A stretch of 45,534 nucleotides of DNA from Chloroflexota bacterium. GTDB taxonomy: Bacteria > Chloroflexota > UBA6077 > SHYK01. Within the stretch, counting starts at the first letter, position 1. Every line of letters begins with the position of its first letter. A program made the translations under genes and the position numbers. Shown in pieces: positions 24,938 through 34,516 of the stretch. The notes under the pieces are model-generated. The model was not told where the DNA came from, ran no database searches, and worked only from the letters and a program-made list of their open reading frames with translations. Location: positions 1-45,534 of the forward strand of contig JAXDLH010000023.1 in assembly GCA_034666705.1 (NCBI GenBank). The letters run 5' to 3'.

Positions 24938-25723
24938 ATGTCGAACGAGTCGGCAGACTGCACGACGACGGAGCTGATGGTCGCCGCCGGGGCGCGCGAG
25001 CTGCGTGATGGGCAGGTCGTGTTCGCCGGCCTGGGCATGCCCCAGTACGCCATCGTGCTCGCCAAGCGGACCCATGCACCCCGACTATGTGTCCTCAATG
25101 CGCTCGGCTGTCTGGACCCGCGCACCGACCCGCACGAGGTAGGGATTGGCAATGCGGACCCTCGACACTGGGCGGGGGCGGCATCGTTCGGCGGGTTCCT
25201 CGACGGCGTCGGCATGCTGCTCCATCGCGGGCTGGTCGACGTCGGCTTTCTCGGAGCGCTGGAGATCGATCCGTTCGGCAACGTGAACAGCACGCAGGTG
25301 CGCCGCGAGGACGGTGGGATTCGGTTCTTCGGCGGTGGCGGCGCCGCCAACGACGTTGCCTCACATGCGCGCACGACGATCGTGATCGTCCGACACGAGC
25401 CGCGCCGGTTGGTCGAGCGGCTCGCGCACTACACGAGCCCGGGCTTTCTCGGCTCCCGCGATGCCCGCCAGCGGGCGGGGCTGCCAGGTGGCGGCCCATC
25501 GCGGCTCATCACGGACAAGGCGGTTTTCGGGTTCGACGAGGTCACCGGGGCGGTGCGGCTCCTGTCGCTCCACCCCGGCGTGACGCCCGAGGAGATCGTG
25601 GATGCGACCGGCTTCTCGGTCATCGTCCCGCCAAACTGCCCGACGACGTCGCCCCCAACGGGCAAGCAATTGCGCGTCATGCGCGACGAGCTGGAGTTGG
25701 GCCGCAAGCTCGCCGGAGCCTGA
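24938..25723 (+). CDS. CoA-transferase subunit B
   Basis: 261 aa. TELMVAAGARELRDGQVVFAGLGMPQYA… and …GALEIDPFGNVNST… are typical of beta subunits of family I CoA-transferases. Confidence 0.85.
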   Translation: MSNESADCTTTELMVAAGARELRDGQVVFAGLGMPQYAIVLAKRTHAPRLCVLNALGCLDPRTDPHEVGIGNADPRHWAGAASFGGFLDGVGMLLHRGLVDVGFLGALEIDPFGNVNSTQVRREDGGIRFFGGGGAANDVASHARTTIVIVRHEPRRLVERLAHYTSPGFLGSRDARQRAGLPGGGPSRLITDKAVFGFDEVTGAVRLLSLHPGVTPEEIVDATGFSVIVPPNCPTTSPPTGKQLRVMRDELELGRKLAGA

Positions 25724-25764
25724 TCGGGTCCAAAAGTTGAGGAGCGCGGCGCCTTCTGATCCGG

Positions 25765-25798
25765 GCGGCGCAGCCAACGGGTCCTTCGGCTGCGCCGC
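25765..25798. terminator. 11-bp GC-rich hairpin between convergent genes
   Basis: GCGGCGCAGCC (25765-75) / GGCTGCGCCGC (25788-98) with a 12-nt loop. No U-tract. Confidence 0.4.
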
Positions 25799-25869
25799 AG
25801 GGATGACGGAACGATTGCCCTCTCTCGTCGGTGCCCCATGGTGGAGCAAACGAGGGCGCCGGACCAGCC

Positions 25870-26871
25870 TTATTGCGCCTTAGGCCAGGCCTTCAGGAAG
25901 TCCACCGTTTCGCCCACCGGGTCATCCGTCGACGGCAGGAAGGGGATGATGAGCCGCGTTACGCCGGCGTCGAGGTACGGCTGCATGCGCTCGCGTGCCT
26001 CCTCGACGGAGGTCGCGGCAATGGTGGGCAGGCTCTCGACCAAGGTGTCCGATACCGCGGCCTGGGCGCCCCGGAAGCCGCCCTCCTGGTAGCCGGCGCG
26101 CACCGCGGCCGAATCCTCGCCGAGCCCCATATTGCCGATCATGTCGCGGTAGTGGTCTGCGAGGTTGTAGATCGTCAGCACCTGTTTGAGTTTACTCTTG
26201 GCGACCTCGCGGTCCGGATGGATCGCCACGCGCACCTTCGCGATGTACTCGAGCGAGTCTGGATCGCGACCACTCTCAGCCGCCGCGTCCCGCACGCGAC
26301 CGAAGATCTCGCGCAGCTTCGGCGGATTTGCCATGTTTACCATGATGCCCTGCGCCTCGCGCCCGGCCAGCTTGGTCATCTGCTCACCGAGCCCCGCAAA
26401 GTAGATCGGCACCTCCGGGTGGTTCGGCTTCCAGGAGAGGCGAAATCCCTTGGTGCCGTACATCTCGCCGTCGTACTCGACGCGCTCGCCCCGCGCCACG
26501 GCCCGCGTGACGTCGGCGTACTCGCGCAGGCGGCGGACGGGCTTGTCGAAGCTCTGGCGGTGCCAGCCCGCGATCGTGGCGTTCGAGACCCCGAGGCCGA
26601 GCAGCAGGCGCCCATCCGAGAGGTCGTTCAACGAAGCGGCTTGAATGCCAAGCGTGACCGGGCTGCGGCCAAAGATATGATAAACGGCGGTGCCAAGTCC
26701 GATCGTGCGGGTGCCGACGGCCATCGCGGAGAGGCAGACCATCGGGTCGGAGCTATTCGACTCCCCCTTCCAGACCGCGCCGAAGCCGGCGTCCTCAGCG
26801 GCCTTCGCGACGTCCACCATCGTCATCCCCGGGTAGATCACCCCAGAATCCATATCCAGGTCGAATTGCAT
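25870..26871 (-). CDS. LLM-class F420-dependent oxidoreductase (methylene-H4MPT reductase-like)
   Basis: 333 aa. AEDAGFGAVWKGESNSSDP, GLGTAVYHIFGRSPVTLGIQAASLNDLSDGRLLLGLGVSN. GGGGGGAG RBS. Confidence 0.9.
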   Translation of the reverse strand: MQFDLDMDSGVIYPGMTMVDVAKAAEDAGFGAVWKGESNSSDPMVCLSAMAVGTRTIGLGTAVYHIFGRSPVTLGIQAASLNDLSDGRLLLGLGVSNATIAGWHRQSFDKPVRRLREYADVTRAVARGERVEYDGEMYGTKGFRLSWKPNHPEVPIYFAGLGEQMTKLAGREAQGIMVNMANPPKLREIFGRVRDAAAESGRDPDSLEYIAKVRVAIHPDREVAKSKLKQVLTIYNLADHYRDMIGNMGLGEDSAAVRAGYQEGGFRGAQAAVSDTLVESLPTIAATSVEEARERMQPYLDAGVTRLIIPFLPSTDDPVGETVDFLKAWPKAQ

Positions 26872-26903
26872 ATTCTCCCCCCTCGACGTACTTCTATCTG
26901 TGG

Positions 26904-27363
26904 CTACAGTTCCAGGTCATCGAGCGTGTACACCCGAAATTCGGTTACGCGCCGCAGGGCCGCATCGTTCGTGACGAACGCCTCGCAGCCAGCATTCAAC
27001 GCGGAGTTGGAGTGCATCTGGAGTCCGGATTCGATACCTGGCCCGGAGGTCCGCCGCTAATTCGGCGATCGCCGCATCGACCTGCACCACGTCCAGATTG
27101 CGACTGTTGAGGAGACGCTCGCGGTACTGAGTGGCAAGACTGGTGTTGCCTGCCTGCTTCGGTAGCGTCAACACCTCAGTCAGCGTGATAACGGGGGTCA
27201 TACCTCTCGTCTCACCACGATCGATGTTGGTGAACAGCCGTCGCACCAGATCGATGTACTGCGGATGTTGCTCTACTAAGTGAATGAACGGCGAGGTGTC
27301 CATGCCGAGGGTGGTCACTTTTGCGAAGGCGTCGTCCAGTTTCGTCAGAGGGGGCGATCCCAC
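26904..27363 (-). pseudogene. PIN-domain toxin (vapC-like), frameshifted
   Basis: The frame of ORF 26917..27363 gives LGMDTSPFIHL, VITLTEVL and RTPDALQL, then nonsense. The +1 frame from about 27005 gives ALNAGCEAFVTNDAALRRVTEFRVYTLDDLEL-TAG(26904-06), the canonical PIN C-terminus. The true start (GTG 27363, GTG 27318 or ATG 27303) is uncertain. Confidence 0.7.
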
Positions 27364-27578
27364 TCGTTGCGCAGCTCATGAACGTATTGCTGCGCGTCCA
27401 CGCCCCGCCATAACTCGGACCCCAGTCCTTCGAGCTCGAGCAGACTGCGCTCGCCTTGCCCGGGCAGTTCGCGGTCCAGGGCGAGATCGCGCGCGATTGC
27501 CGCCAACAGCTCCAGCCGGTCCTTTGGTGGAAGCGGCCTGAGCAGTTGCGCATAGAGCTCATCGATTTCGGGCTTCAT
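27345..27578 (-). CDS. type II antitoxin partner of the PIN gene
   Basis: 77-aa ORF, GAGGAA RBS, overlaps or abuts the PIN gene. C-terminal …LELEGLGSELWRGVDAQQYVHELRNEWD is a pattern I associate with small antitoxins paired with PIN toxins. Confidence 0.65.
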   Translation of the reverse strand: MKPEIDELYAQLLRPLPPKDRLELLAAIARDLALDRELPGQGERSLLELEGLGSELWRGVDAQQYVHELRNEWDRPL

Positions 27579-27673
27579 GGTTCCTCAACGCGCCATCCGG
27601 CATTCTAGCTGCATCGCTTTCGGATCGTTCGTGGCCGCATTTTCTCGCAACATACAGCGCTCGCACGGATGGG

Positions 27674-28534
27674 TCAGACGAAGAGCGGCTCCATCTGGAG
27701 CCGGTCGACGAGCGCCTGCATCTCGGCGTCGGGCGTTGTCCGCTCGAAGTGCTCTGCGGCGTCCAGCACGTGGGGCAGCAGGTTGACGTCGCCCGCGGAG
27801 ATCACGAAGATGCCTGGTCTGCCGAGCGACCAGTGGAGCGCCAGCGCAATATCGCTTGGGTCCGCCAGCGGCTCGTACCAGGTCGAGGTGGTGCGCTCGC
27901 GCCCCATCCAGGGGCGATATGCGATGGACTTGATCGTCTGCACCGCGACGTTGCGCTCTTGGCACGTCGCCTGCAGGCCGTTGAAGTTCTCCGCGTAGTA
28001 GGGATTCTGCAGCGTCAGGAAGTTGTACGGCAGGAGGACCGAATCGAAATCGAAGCGCTGCAGGCTGCGCCGATGCGTGGCGGCGACTTGCGTGCCATGG
28101 CCGGTGACGCCGATGGCGCGAACCAGGCCCTGCTCCCGAGCCTCGACGGCGGCTTCGATCACCCCGCCTGGGCTGAGCGCGGTATCCCACTGGATGGGAT
28201 CAGAAAGGTTGTGCATCTGCCACAGGTCGACGTGGTCCGTGCCGAGCCGCTCCAGTGACTTCTGCAGCTCTTCCCGCGCTGGGCCCGCGCGCCGTTCGCC
28301 GGTTTTCGTCGCCGCGAAGAAATCGTCGCGATGCTGCTTCAGCCAGGGCGCTACCCGAAGCTCGGCGTCCCCATAGCTCGCGGCGACGTCGATGTGATTG
28401 ATGCCGTGCGCAAGCAAGACCTCGAGCGCGCGGTCTGCCACGTCCTGCGTGACTCGCGACAGCGAGGCGGCGCCGAAGATGATGCGCGTGCTTTCGTGGC
28501 CGGTGCGGCCGAAGGGCACCGTTGGAATCGGCAT
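27674..28534 (-). CDS. aldo/keto reductase
   Basis: ORF 27674..28888 trimmed to ATG 28532-28534, giving [25 protein letters not shown]… Also has [22 protein letters not shown] and AIGVTGHG. Confidence 0.9.
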   Translation of the reverse strand: MPIPTVPFGRTGHESTRIIFGAASLSRVTQDVADRALEVLLAHGINHIDVAASYGDAELRVAPWLKQHRDDFFAATKTGERRAGPAREELQKSLERLGTDHVDLWQMHNLSDPIQWDTALSPGGVIEAAVEAREQGLVRAIGVTGHGTQVAATHRRSLQRFDFDSVLLPYNFLTLQNPYYAENFNGLQATCQERNVAVQTIKSIAYRPWMGRERTTSTWYEPLADPSDIALALHWSLGRPGIFVISAGDVNLLPHVLDAAEHFERTTPDAEMQALVDRLQMEPLFV

Positions 28535-28621
28535 GTCCCAATGGTAGACCAATCGGCACCCCGCGTCGAGCGCGCGCCGGTACACTTCCCCAGGCGTGAT
28601 CTGGAGCGTGTGAGGATAACG

Positions 28622-29368
28622 GTGGCGGAGCTCGTCTTTCTGCACGGGGCGGCGGACAGCGGCGCAGTTTGGGAGTACCAGACGGCCTATTTTCAAGAGC
28701 GCGGCCACCGCGTGTTGGCCGTCGACCTGCCAGGACACGGGGCGCGACTCGCCGAGCAGGCGTTCGAACGCGTCGAGCAGAGCGCCGAGGACGTGCTTCA
28801 GCAGCTCAAGGCGATGGGCATGGCGCACCCGGTGCTCGTGGGCCACTCGATGGGCGGCGGCATTGCCTTGACCATCGCCCTGGAGCATCCGGGCGTTCCC
28901 CGCGCCTTGGTGCTCGCCGCGAGCGGAGCGCGCTTGCGGCTGCGGCCGGAGCCGATCGAGGCGGCGCGGGCGCGGGCTGCAGCGTCACGGCCGGGTATCC
29001 GGGTCGAGCGAGTGATCAAGCTCGACGAAGTCGTCTCACCGCACGCGACAGCCGAGGCGCGCGCGTGGCTCATCGCACGGTTCGGCCAGTGCACCGCACA
29101 GGCGATGTATGGCGACTTTCTCGCTACGCACCATACCGACCTGCTGGGTCGGCTTGGCGAGGTGCGTCAGCCTGCGCTCGTCATCGGCGGCGAGGATGAC
29201 CTCTGGACTCCCCCGAAGTTCCAGGACTACTTTGCCGCGCAGCTCCCGGACGCGCGTCTGCGCATGTTCCCTGGAACGGGGCACTATCCATTTGTCGAGC
29301 GCCATGAAGAGTTCAACGCCGGGCTGGAGCGCTTCCTGGCGCAGCTCGACGGCCAGCGTCAAAGCTGA
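28622..29368 (+). CDS. alpha/beta-fold hydrolase
   Basis: ORF 28331..29368 trimmed to GTG 28622 (GAGGA RBS), giving [14 protein letters not shown]… Has the nucleophile elbow LVGHSMGG and a C-terminal [11 protein letters not shown] (His). Confidence 0.85.
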   Translation: MAELVFLHGAADSGAVWEYQTAYFQERGHRVLAVDLPGHGARLAEQAFERVEQSAEDVLQQLKAMGMAHPVLVGHSMGGGIALTIALEHPGVPRALVLAASGARLRLRPEPIEAARARAAASRPGIRVERVIKLDEVVSPHATAEARAWLIARFGQCTAQAMYGDFLATHHTDLLGRLGEVRQPALVIGGEDDLWTPPKFQDYFAAQLPDARLRMFPGTGHYPFVERHEEFNAGLERFLAQLDGQRQS

Positions 29369-29478
29369 CGCCAGCCCTAGCGCCGGACCCATCGCACGCG
29401 CCACGTTTGCGCGCGCGGCTGTTGCCCGTCAGGCGGGCGTGGCGTCACAGAATCGCGCGCTACAGAACCCTGCGCGAG

Positions 29479-31224
29479 CTACGTCCGGTCCCAGGTGTCG
29501 ATGTTCCACGTCGCCAGCGGGTAGGTCACGTTGCGACCGGTGCGCCCGGCCGGGCCCGTGACGCCCTTGCGAATCGTCATCGTCTCCACGTTCCAGTAGA
29601 GCGGCATGATCGGCAACTCCTGCATCACGACCTGCATGATCTGGCGCTGCAGCGACGAGCGGTCGGTCTCCGCGACCGTGCCCTCCAGCTTGTCGATGAG
29701 GGCATTGACCTGCGGGTTGTTGTAGCCACCGCGCGGCGCACCGAGCGGCAGCGTGCGCGTTGGCTCCCGGTAGCGAAACTCGCCGTTCTCGAACTCGAGT
29801 GTCGACGTGAGCGACGTGACGCTCAGCCCGGGAAACTGCGCCCGAAACTCGCGGTCGTTCAGCTTCGAGGCGGGCACCAGGACCTCCTCGGTCGCGATGC
29901 CGAAGGTGCGCATCTGGTCCGCGGTGATCGCCGATTCCTGATCTCCGCCGCTGCCAGGCGTGTTCCACACCGACGTGGCGAAGCGCTCGCCGGTCGTCGT
30001 GTTGACGAAGCCGCCGTCAGGACCGCGCCGAAAGCCTGCTTGCTCCATGAGTTGTTGGGCGGCGGTCGGGTTTCTGGAATAGTCGGGGATGACGCCAGCG
30101 AAGACCGTGTTGCGGGATGGATCGTCCGGTAGGATCCAGCTATCCGCCACCTGTCCGTAGCCGTTCGTCAATGCATCCATGATCGGTGCGCGGTCGACGG
30201 CGCGGTAGATCGCGGCGCGCACCCGCGGGTCGGAGAGCGCTGCGGGCTTTACGTAATCAGGCCGTGTCTGCACCTCCAGGAAACGGAGTCGGCCGTCGAG
30301 GTAGACGAGCAGCTGATTGCCGGTACCAGGCGCTGCCCAGCTTCCCTGCAGGGTCTGCACCCCCTGGCTCGTTACCCCCAGTGGCAAGTAGACGTCGATC
30401 GCATCTGAGAGGATGTTGGAGAGCAGGGTGTTCTGGTCTTGCAAGAAGCGTACGGTCAGGACGTCGATGCGTGGGCGGCCGCGATAAAACCGGTCGAACG
30501 CCTCGTACCGAATCTGCGAGCCCGGGCTCCATTGTGCCAGTCGGAATGGGCCCAGCCCGATGAACTCAGTGGTCCAGGCCGGATTGTTGAGGAGTCGGTC
30601 CGGGCCAGCCTGGTAGGCGGATTCGAGCCGGGATCGCTGGACCGCCTCGAGATCGCCGCGCAGCAGTCGGTTCGCATAGGGGTAGGTCTGGGTCCAGTGC
30701 ATGACCAGCGTGCTGTCGTCGGGCGCTGTGACCGAGTCCACGTACTTGATCGGGACCAGCGCGCTGTTTGGCAGCGCTGCATCCTTGTCGATCTCCCAGC
30801 CGAAGACCCAGTCGTCGGCATGCATGGGCGTCCCGTCGTGCCAGTACACGTTGGGCCGCAGCTTGAACGTGGTTTGCATCGTCCCATCCGGGAGGACGGT
30901 CCACGTGCCGCTCTCGAGCGACGGCAGCGCGCTGGCAATGTCGGGTTGCGCCTGCGAGTGGTCGTCCAGCGTCACGAGAAAACGCTGCGCGATCTCGTGC
31001 AGTTGATGCGCGCCGCCACCCGATGTGTAGGTCGTAAATGGCCCGAACGCCGGCGGCTCGGCGATAACGCCCACGATCAAGCTCTTCGGGCTAATCGCCA
31101 CCTGTTCATTGCCAGTTGCGCCCTCTGCACCCGCGGGTTCCCCTCGGCTCGGCGGGGGCGCTGGCGCGCACGCGCCGAGTGCGAACAGCAAGAGCAGTGT
31201 CACCAGGCTCAATGACGTCCGCAC
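29479..31224 (-). CDS. ABC transporter substrate-binding lipoprotein, family 5
   Basis: MRTSLSLVTLLLLFALGAC-AP lipobox. TTFKLRPNVYWHDGTPMHADDWVF and the overall 581-aa SBP_bac_5 layout. Confidence 0.9.
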   Translation of the reverse strand: MRTSLSLVTLLLLFALGACAPAPPPSRGEPAGAEGATGNEQVAISPKSLIVGVIAEPPAFGPFTTYTSGGGAHQLHEIAQRFLVTLDDHSQAQPDIASALPSLESGTWTVLPDGTMQTTFKLRPNVYWHDGTPMHADDWVFGWEIDKDAALPNSALVPIKYVDSVTAPDDSTLVMHWTQTYPYANRLLRGDLEAVQRSRLESAYQAGPDRLLNNPAWTTEFIGLGPFRLAQWSPGSQIRYEAFDRFYRGRPRIDVLTVRFLQDQNTLLSNILSDAIDVYLPLGVTSQGVQTLQGSWAAPGTGNQLLVYLDGRLRFLEVQTRPDYVKPAALSDPRVRAAIYRAVDRAPIMDALTNGYGQVADSWILPDDPSRNTVFAGVIPDYSRNPTAAQQLMEQAGFRRGPDGGFVNTTTGERFATSVWNTPGSGGDQESAITADQMRTFGIATEEVLVPASKLNDREFRAQFPGLSVTSLTSTLEFENGEFRYREPTRTLPLGAPRGGYNNPQVNALIDKLEGTVAETDRSSLQRQIMQVVMQELPIMPLYWNVETMTIRKGVTGPAGRTGRNVTYPLATWNIDTWDRT

Positions 31225-31243
31225 AGCTTCACCCCCGTTCGCG

Positions 31244-32737
31244 CTAGCCGCGCACGCTCGCCGCGGCGCTCATCCCCGCCAGCCGGCCGAACACCGCGCC
31301 TGCCATCAGGCCGGAGCCGCCCGCGTAGTTGTAGTAGAAGAGCCCGCCGACCAGCTCTCCTGCCGCGTACAGCCCGCGAATCGGACGACTCTCTGTGTCG
31401 AGGACCTGTCCCTGCCGATTGATTCGCAGGCCGCCAAAGGTAAAAGTGATCCCACACGTCACGGCGTAGCCTGCGTACGGCGGCGCGTCGATCGGCACCG
31501 CCCAGTTCGTCTTGGGCGGCTCGACCCCCTCGGTATGTTTGCCGTCGAGCACGGAGAAGTCGTGCGGCCCGGGCTGGATCGCCGCGTTGAACTGTTCGAT
31601 CGTCCGCTTCAGCCCCTGCACGTCAATCGTGAGTCCGTCGGCCAGCTCCTCGATGGTATTCGCACTGACGCTCGTGACGTATGGCGCTGAGGCCGGCCGA
31701 TACTCGTCGCGCAGCAACGGGACCGTCTTGCTGTCGAAAATCTGGAAGGCCTGCCGCCCCGGTTGCTTCATGATCTCGCGCCCATACTTGGCATACGTGT
31801 AGTTGCGATAGTCCGCGCCCTCGTCTACGAAGCGTTTCCCCTCCCGATTCACGATGATCCCGATCGGGTATGAGTGCTTCTGGTGCAGGTCGCCGATGTG
31901 CAGGTCGCCGACGTCGTCGGCAAGCAAGTTCCAGGCGACGGCGTGACAACTGCTCCAGTGGCCGTGTGGCTGTGCGCCGATCTCCATGGCCATGCGGATG
32001 CCGTCACCCGTGTTGAATCGCGAGCCGCGAACCTTGGCGAGCTCCCAGTCTGGGCCGAGGTACCGCGTCCGCATCTCCGGATTTGCTTCGAAACCACCGG
32101 AGGCGAGGACGACCGCCCCGCAGCCGATCGTCCGTTTGCCTTCCGGGCCGAGGACGTGGACTCCAGTCACCGCATTCCGCTCGTCGGTGACGAGGCCCGT
32201 CGCTTTGGTCTCGTAGGCGATGGCGAGGCCGCTCTTTTCCGCGATGTCGAACAGGCTGTCCGAAAGCCCCTGTCCGCCGCCGTGGGCTTCGAGGATCAGG
32301 TTGCCGAAGAACTTCCGCTTGCCCTCGTGCTCGTAGGACTGCCGGCCGATCGCTAAGAGCCAGCGGACGCCCCGGTCGCGCAGCCACCGCATGGTGGGGT
32401 ATGCCTGGCCGACGAGGATCTCGACGAGCTCTGGGTTCGAGAGCCCCTCGGTGACGCGATCCAGATCGGCGGCGTAATCGCGCTCTGTGTAACGGCCGAC
32501 GTCCATTCGCTCGAGCTCTTCGTCCGAGTAGTCCGGGATGAGCGGTTTCATGTCTTCCATGCCGTTGAAGGGGAAGCGCAGCAGTCCGCCGGTGAATGCG
32601 GTATTGCCCCCGCGCTCCGCTCGTGGGGCCTTCTCGAGGACGAGCACGCGCGCTCCCGCCTCCTGGGCGGTCAGTGCGGCGCTGAGCGCCGCGTTGCCCG
32701 CGCCCACTACCACGACGTCGTACGATCCCGCATTCAC
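31244..32737 (-). CDS. FAD-binding dehydrogenase (TcuA / fumarate-reductase flavoprotein-like)
   Basis: YDVVVVGAGNAALSAALTAQEAGARVLVLEKAPRAERGGNTAFTGG (Rossmann GxGxxA) and C-terminal GLYAAGELVGG. GTG start with GGGGGAG RBS. Confidence 0.85.
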   Translation of the reverse strand: MNAGSYDVVVVGAGNAALSAALTAQEAGARVLVLEKAPRAERGGNTAFTGGLLRFPFNGMEDMKPLIPDYSDEELERMDVGRYTERDYAADLDRVTEGLSNPELVEILVGQAYPTMRWLRDRGVRWLLAIGRQSYEHEGKRKFFGNLILEAHGGGQGLSDSLFDIAEKSGLAIAYETKATGLVTDERNAVTGVHVLGPEGKRTIGCGAVVLASGGFEANPEMRTRYLGPDWELAKVRGSRFNTGDGIRMAMEIGAQPHGHWSSCHAVAWNLLADDVGDLHIGDLHQKHSYPIGIIVNREGKRFVDEGADYRNYTYAKYGREIMKQPGRQAFQIFDSKTVPLLRDEYRPASAPYVTSVSANTIEELADGLTIDVQGLKRTIEQFNAAIQPGPHDFSVLDGKHTEGVEPPKTNWAVPIDAPPYAGYAVTCGITFTFGGLRINRQGQVLDTESRPIRGLYAAGELVGGLFYYNYAGGSGLMAGAVFGRLAGMSAAASVRG

Positions 32738-32926
32738 TGGCGATCTCCCCCTGCCTCATGTCACGACCGAGTTCGTTGCTAATGGTCCGAATGCTCGGCA
32801 TCGGCCTATGGTACGCTCGTCCGCCGGTCGGCGCTACCTTTGCCCCAGCACATCGCGAATCTCCTCGTCGGTGAAGCCTCCACTCGTCAGGCGGAATCCG
32901 TGCAGCAGTTCTTGCTGCAGCATCCC

Positions 32927-33267
32927 TCAGGTAAACAATCGCGAGCGGTAGTCCACCCCGCCGACCCATTCCAGCATCATCGCGGTTCGCAGCACCCGGC
33001 GAGCAACCGGCGGTTGCTGTGGCAGAACGATGATCCCGCCATGCTCCTGAGGGTAGCTATGTACCCGCGATGCAATCGGATGAAGTCGAGGCGGTTGTAG
33101 GAGAGAATGACGAACCCATGGCGAGTCGCATAGTCCAGTTGACTTTCGTCGGGATGGGCGAGGATGCCGGCTTCTCGAGCGGTGACGACTGCGCCGCCTC
33201 GGGCGCGCAACCCGTCGACGAATGGCTGATCGATGCACTCGTCAAGGTACGCGGGCGGTATGGGCAC
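32927..33267 (-). pseudogene. DUF5615-type PIN-like (Mut7-C-like) toxin gene, frameshifted
   Basis: The frame of ORF 32977..33267 gives …YLDECIDQPFVDGLRARGGAVVTAREAG…GFVILSYNRLDFIRLH, then low-quality sequence. The frame of ORF 32927..33238 continues …YPQEHGGIIVLPQQPPVARRVLRTAMMLEW… to TGA 32927-29. The junction lies within about 33040-33075. The GTG start overlaps the DUF433 stop (TAGTG). Confidence 0.55.
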
Positions 33268-33533
33268 TAATCGTCCGCGAGATTCTCACGGATGTACCGG
33301 TCGATCACCCCGCGATGCTTTTCGTAGTAGGCAAGCGCCGCCTCTATTGCGGCGGGTTCTAACTGTGGGTAGGCGGTGCGGACGCCAGCTTCGCCGCCAT
33401 ACTCCCGCGCGGCGAGGACTACGGAGCGCACCGAGATGCGTGTATTCCGCACGCTCGGCTCGCCCTCGAGCACGCCGTGGTCGCGCACGATATACGGCGT
33501 TGGTGGCGTGCTCGACTGTCGGGCGGTGGCCAT
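33267..33533 (-). CDS. DUF433-domain protein (antitoxin-like partner of DUF5615)
   Basis: ORF trimmed to ATG 33531-33533 (GGAG RBS). …YIVRDHGVLEGEPSVRNTRISVRSVV…YPQLEPAAIEAALAYY matches the DUF433 pattern. Confidence 0.75.
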   Translation of the reverse strand: MATARQSSTPPTPYIVRDHGVLEGEPSVRNTRISVRSVVLAAREYGGEAGVRTAYPQLEPAAIEAALAYYEKHRGVIDRYIRENLADD

Positions 33534-33637
33534 GCTGATCTCCGAGAGCGGTGTCGGGATCATTGTATTGCGGGTCGGCACCGACGAGCGGAGCGCTCGG
33601 TAGCTGGGGGCGCGGCGTCGTTGGTATGCTGTGAGCG

Positions 33638-34507
33638 ATGGAACCACAAGAAGGAATTCTCGGACCGGTGCCGCCTGCAGGGCGGCACCTGACGTTTGAC
33701 CTGCGTTGGGGATCCGATCCCCACAAAGCGCTGTCCAACCTCGTCGCGACCGCGCCGGCTTCGTGCGTCATCGGCCTTGGCTTGCCCTTGACGCAGGCGA
33801 TCGGACAAAAGGTCGAAGGACTCCCTGTCTTCCCAGCGCTTGCAGGTCGGGGCGTCCACACGCCATCAGATCAGAACGCGCTCTGGATCTGGCTGCGTGA
33901 GCAGAACCCGTCCGCCTGCTTCGACCTCTCGCTTAAGCTGCACCAGGTGCTCGATGCGGACTTCACCCTCGTCGAGGAGGTCAACACCTTTGTCCACCGG
34001 GAGGGACGCGACCTGAGCGGCTATGAAGACGGCACGGAGAATCCAAAGGGCGATAAAGCTGCGGAGGCAGCAATCGTCGCGACCGGCGCGCTGCAGGGTT
34101 CCAGCTTCGTCGCCGTGCAGCGCTGGATCCACGACCTGACGCGATTCCAGGCGCTCGACGCCTTGGAGCGCGACCAGATCATCGGACGCCGGATGGAGGA
34201 TAACCAGGAGATCCCCGACGCCCCGGTATCGGCTCACATCAGGCGCTCGGCGCAGGAGGACTTCGACCCACCGGCGTTCATGGTCCGACGCTCGATGCCC
34301 TGGAGTGAGGGCGGCAGCCACGGCCTGTATTTCGTGGCGTTCGGCGAATCGCTCGATCGTTATGAGCGCGTGCTGCGTCGGATGGTCGGCCTCGACGACG
34401 GCGTGGTCGACGGTCTTTTCGCGTTTACGCGCCCAGTCAGCGGCGGCTATTTCTGGTGCCCGCCCCAGCAGGCCGGACGGATCTCGCTCGCCGTGCTCGG
34501 CATCTAG
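33638..34507 (+). CDS. Dyp-type (dye-decolorizing) heme peroxidase
   Basis: 289 aa. QEGILGP near the N-terminus, GYEDGTENPKG, FVAVQRWIHDL, RRSMPW and YFVAFG are characteristic Dyp/YfeX/EfeB-family motifs. Confidence 0.9.
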   Translation: MEPQEGILGPVPPAGRHLTFDLRWGSDPHKALSNLVATAPASCVIGLGLPLTQAIGQKVEGLPVFPALAGRGVHTPSDQNALWIWLREQNPSACFDLSLKLHQVLDADFTLVEEVNTFVHREGRDLSGYEDGTENPKGDKAAEAAIVATGALQGSSFVAVQRWIHDLTRFQALDALERDQIIGRRMEDNQEIPDAPVSAHIRRSAQEDFDPPAFMVRRSMPWSEGGSHGLYFVAFGESLDRYERVLRRMVGLDDGVVDGLFAFTRPVSGGYFWCPPQQAGRISLAVLGI

Positions 34508-34516
34508 GTCGCCGCG

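Noticed and set aside
27674-29368. Full-length ORFs 27674..28888 (-) and 28331..29368 (+) overlapping head-to-head by about 560 nt
   Set aside because: The N-terminal extensions are low-complexity and lack RBSs. Internal starts with good RBSs (ATG 28534; GTG 28622) give proteins beginning exactly at the conserved aldo/keto reductase and alpha/beta-hydrolase N-termini. This leaves a normal 87-bp divergent spacer.
32840-32926. In-frame 29-codon ORF (MLQQELLHGFRLTSGGFTDEEIRDVLGQR) directly after the DUF5615 stop codon, as possible stop-codon read-through or a micro-gene
   Set aside because: It has no RBS of its own and no recognisable family, and I cannot assess its conservation. Short open stretches of this kind are expected by chance in this base composition.
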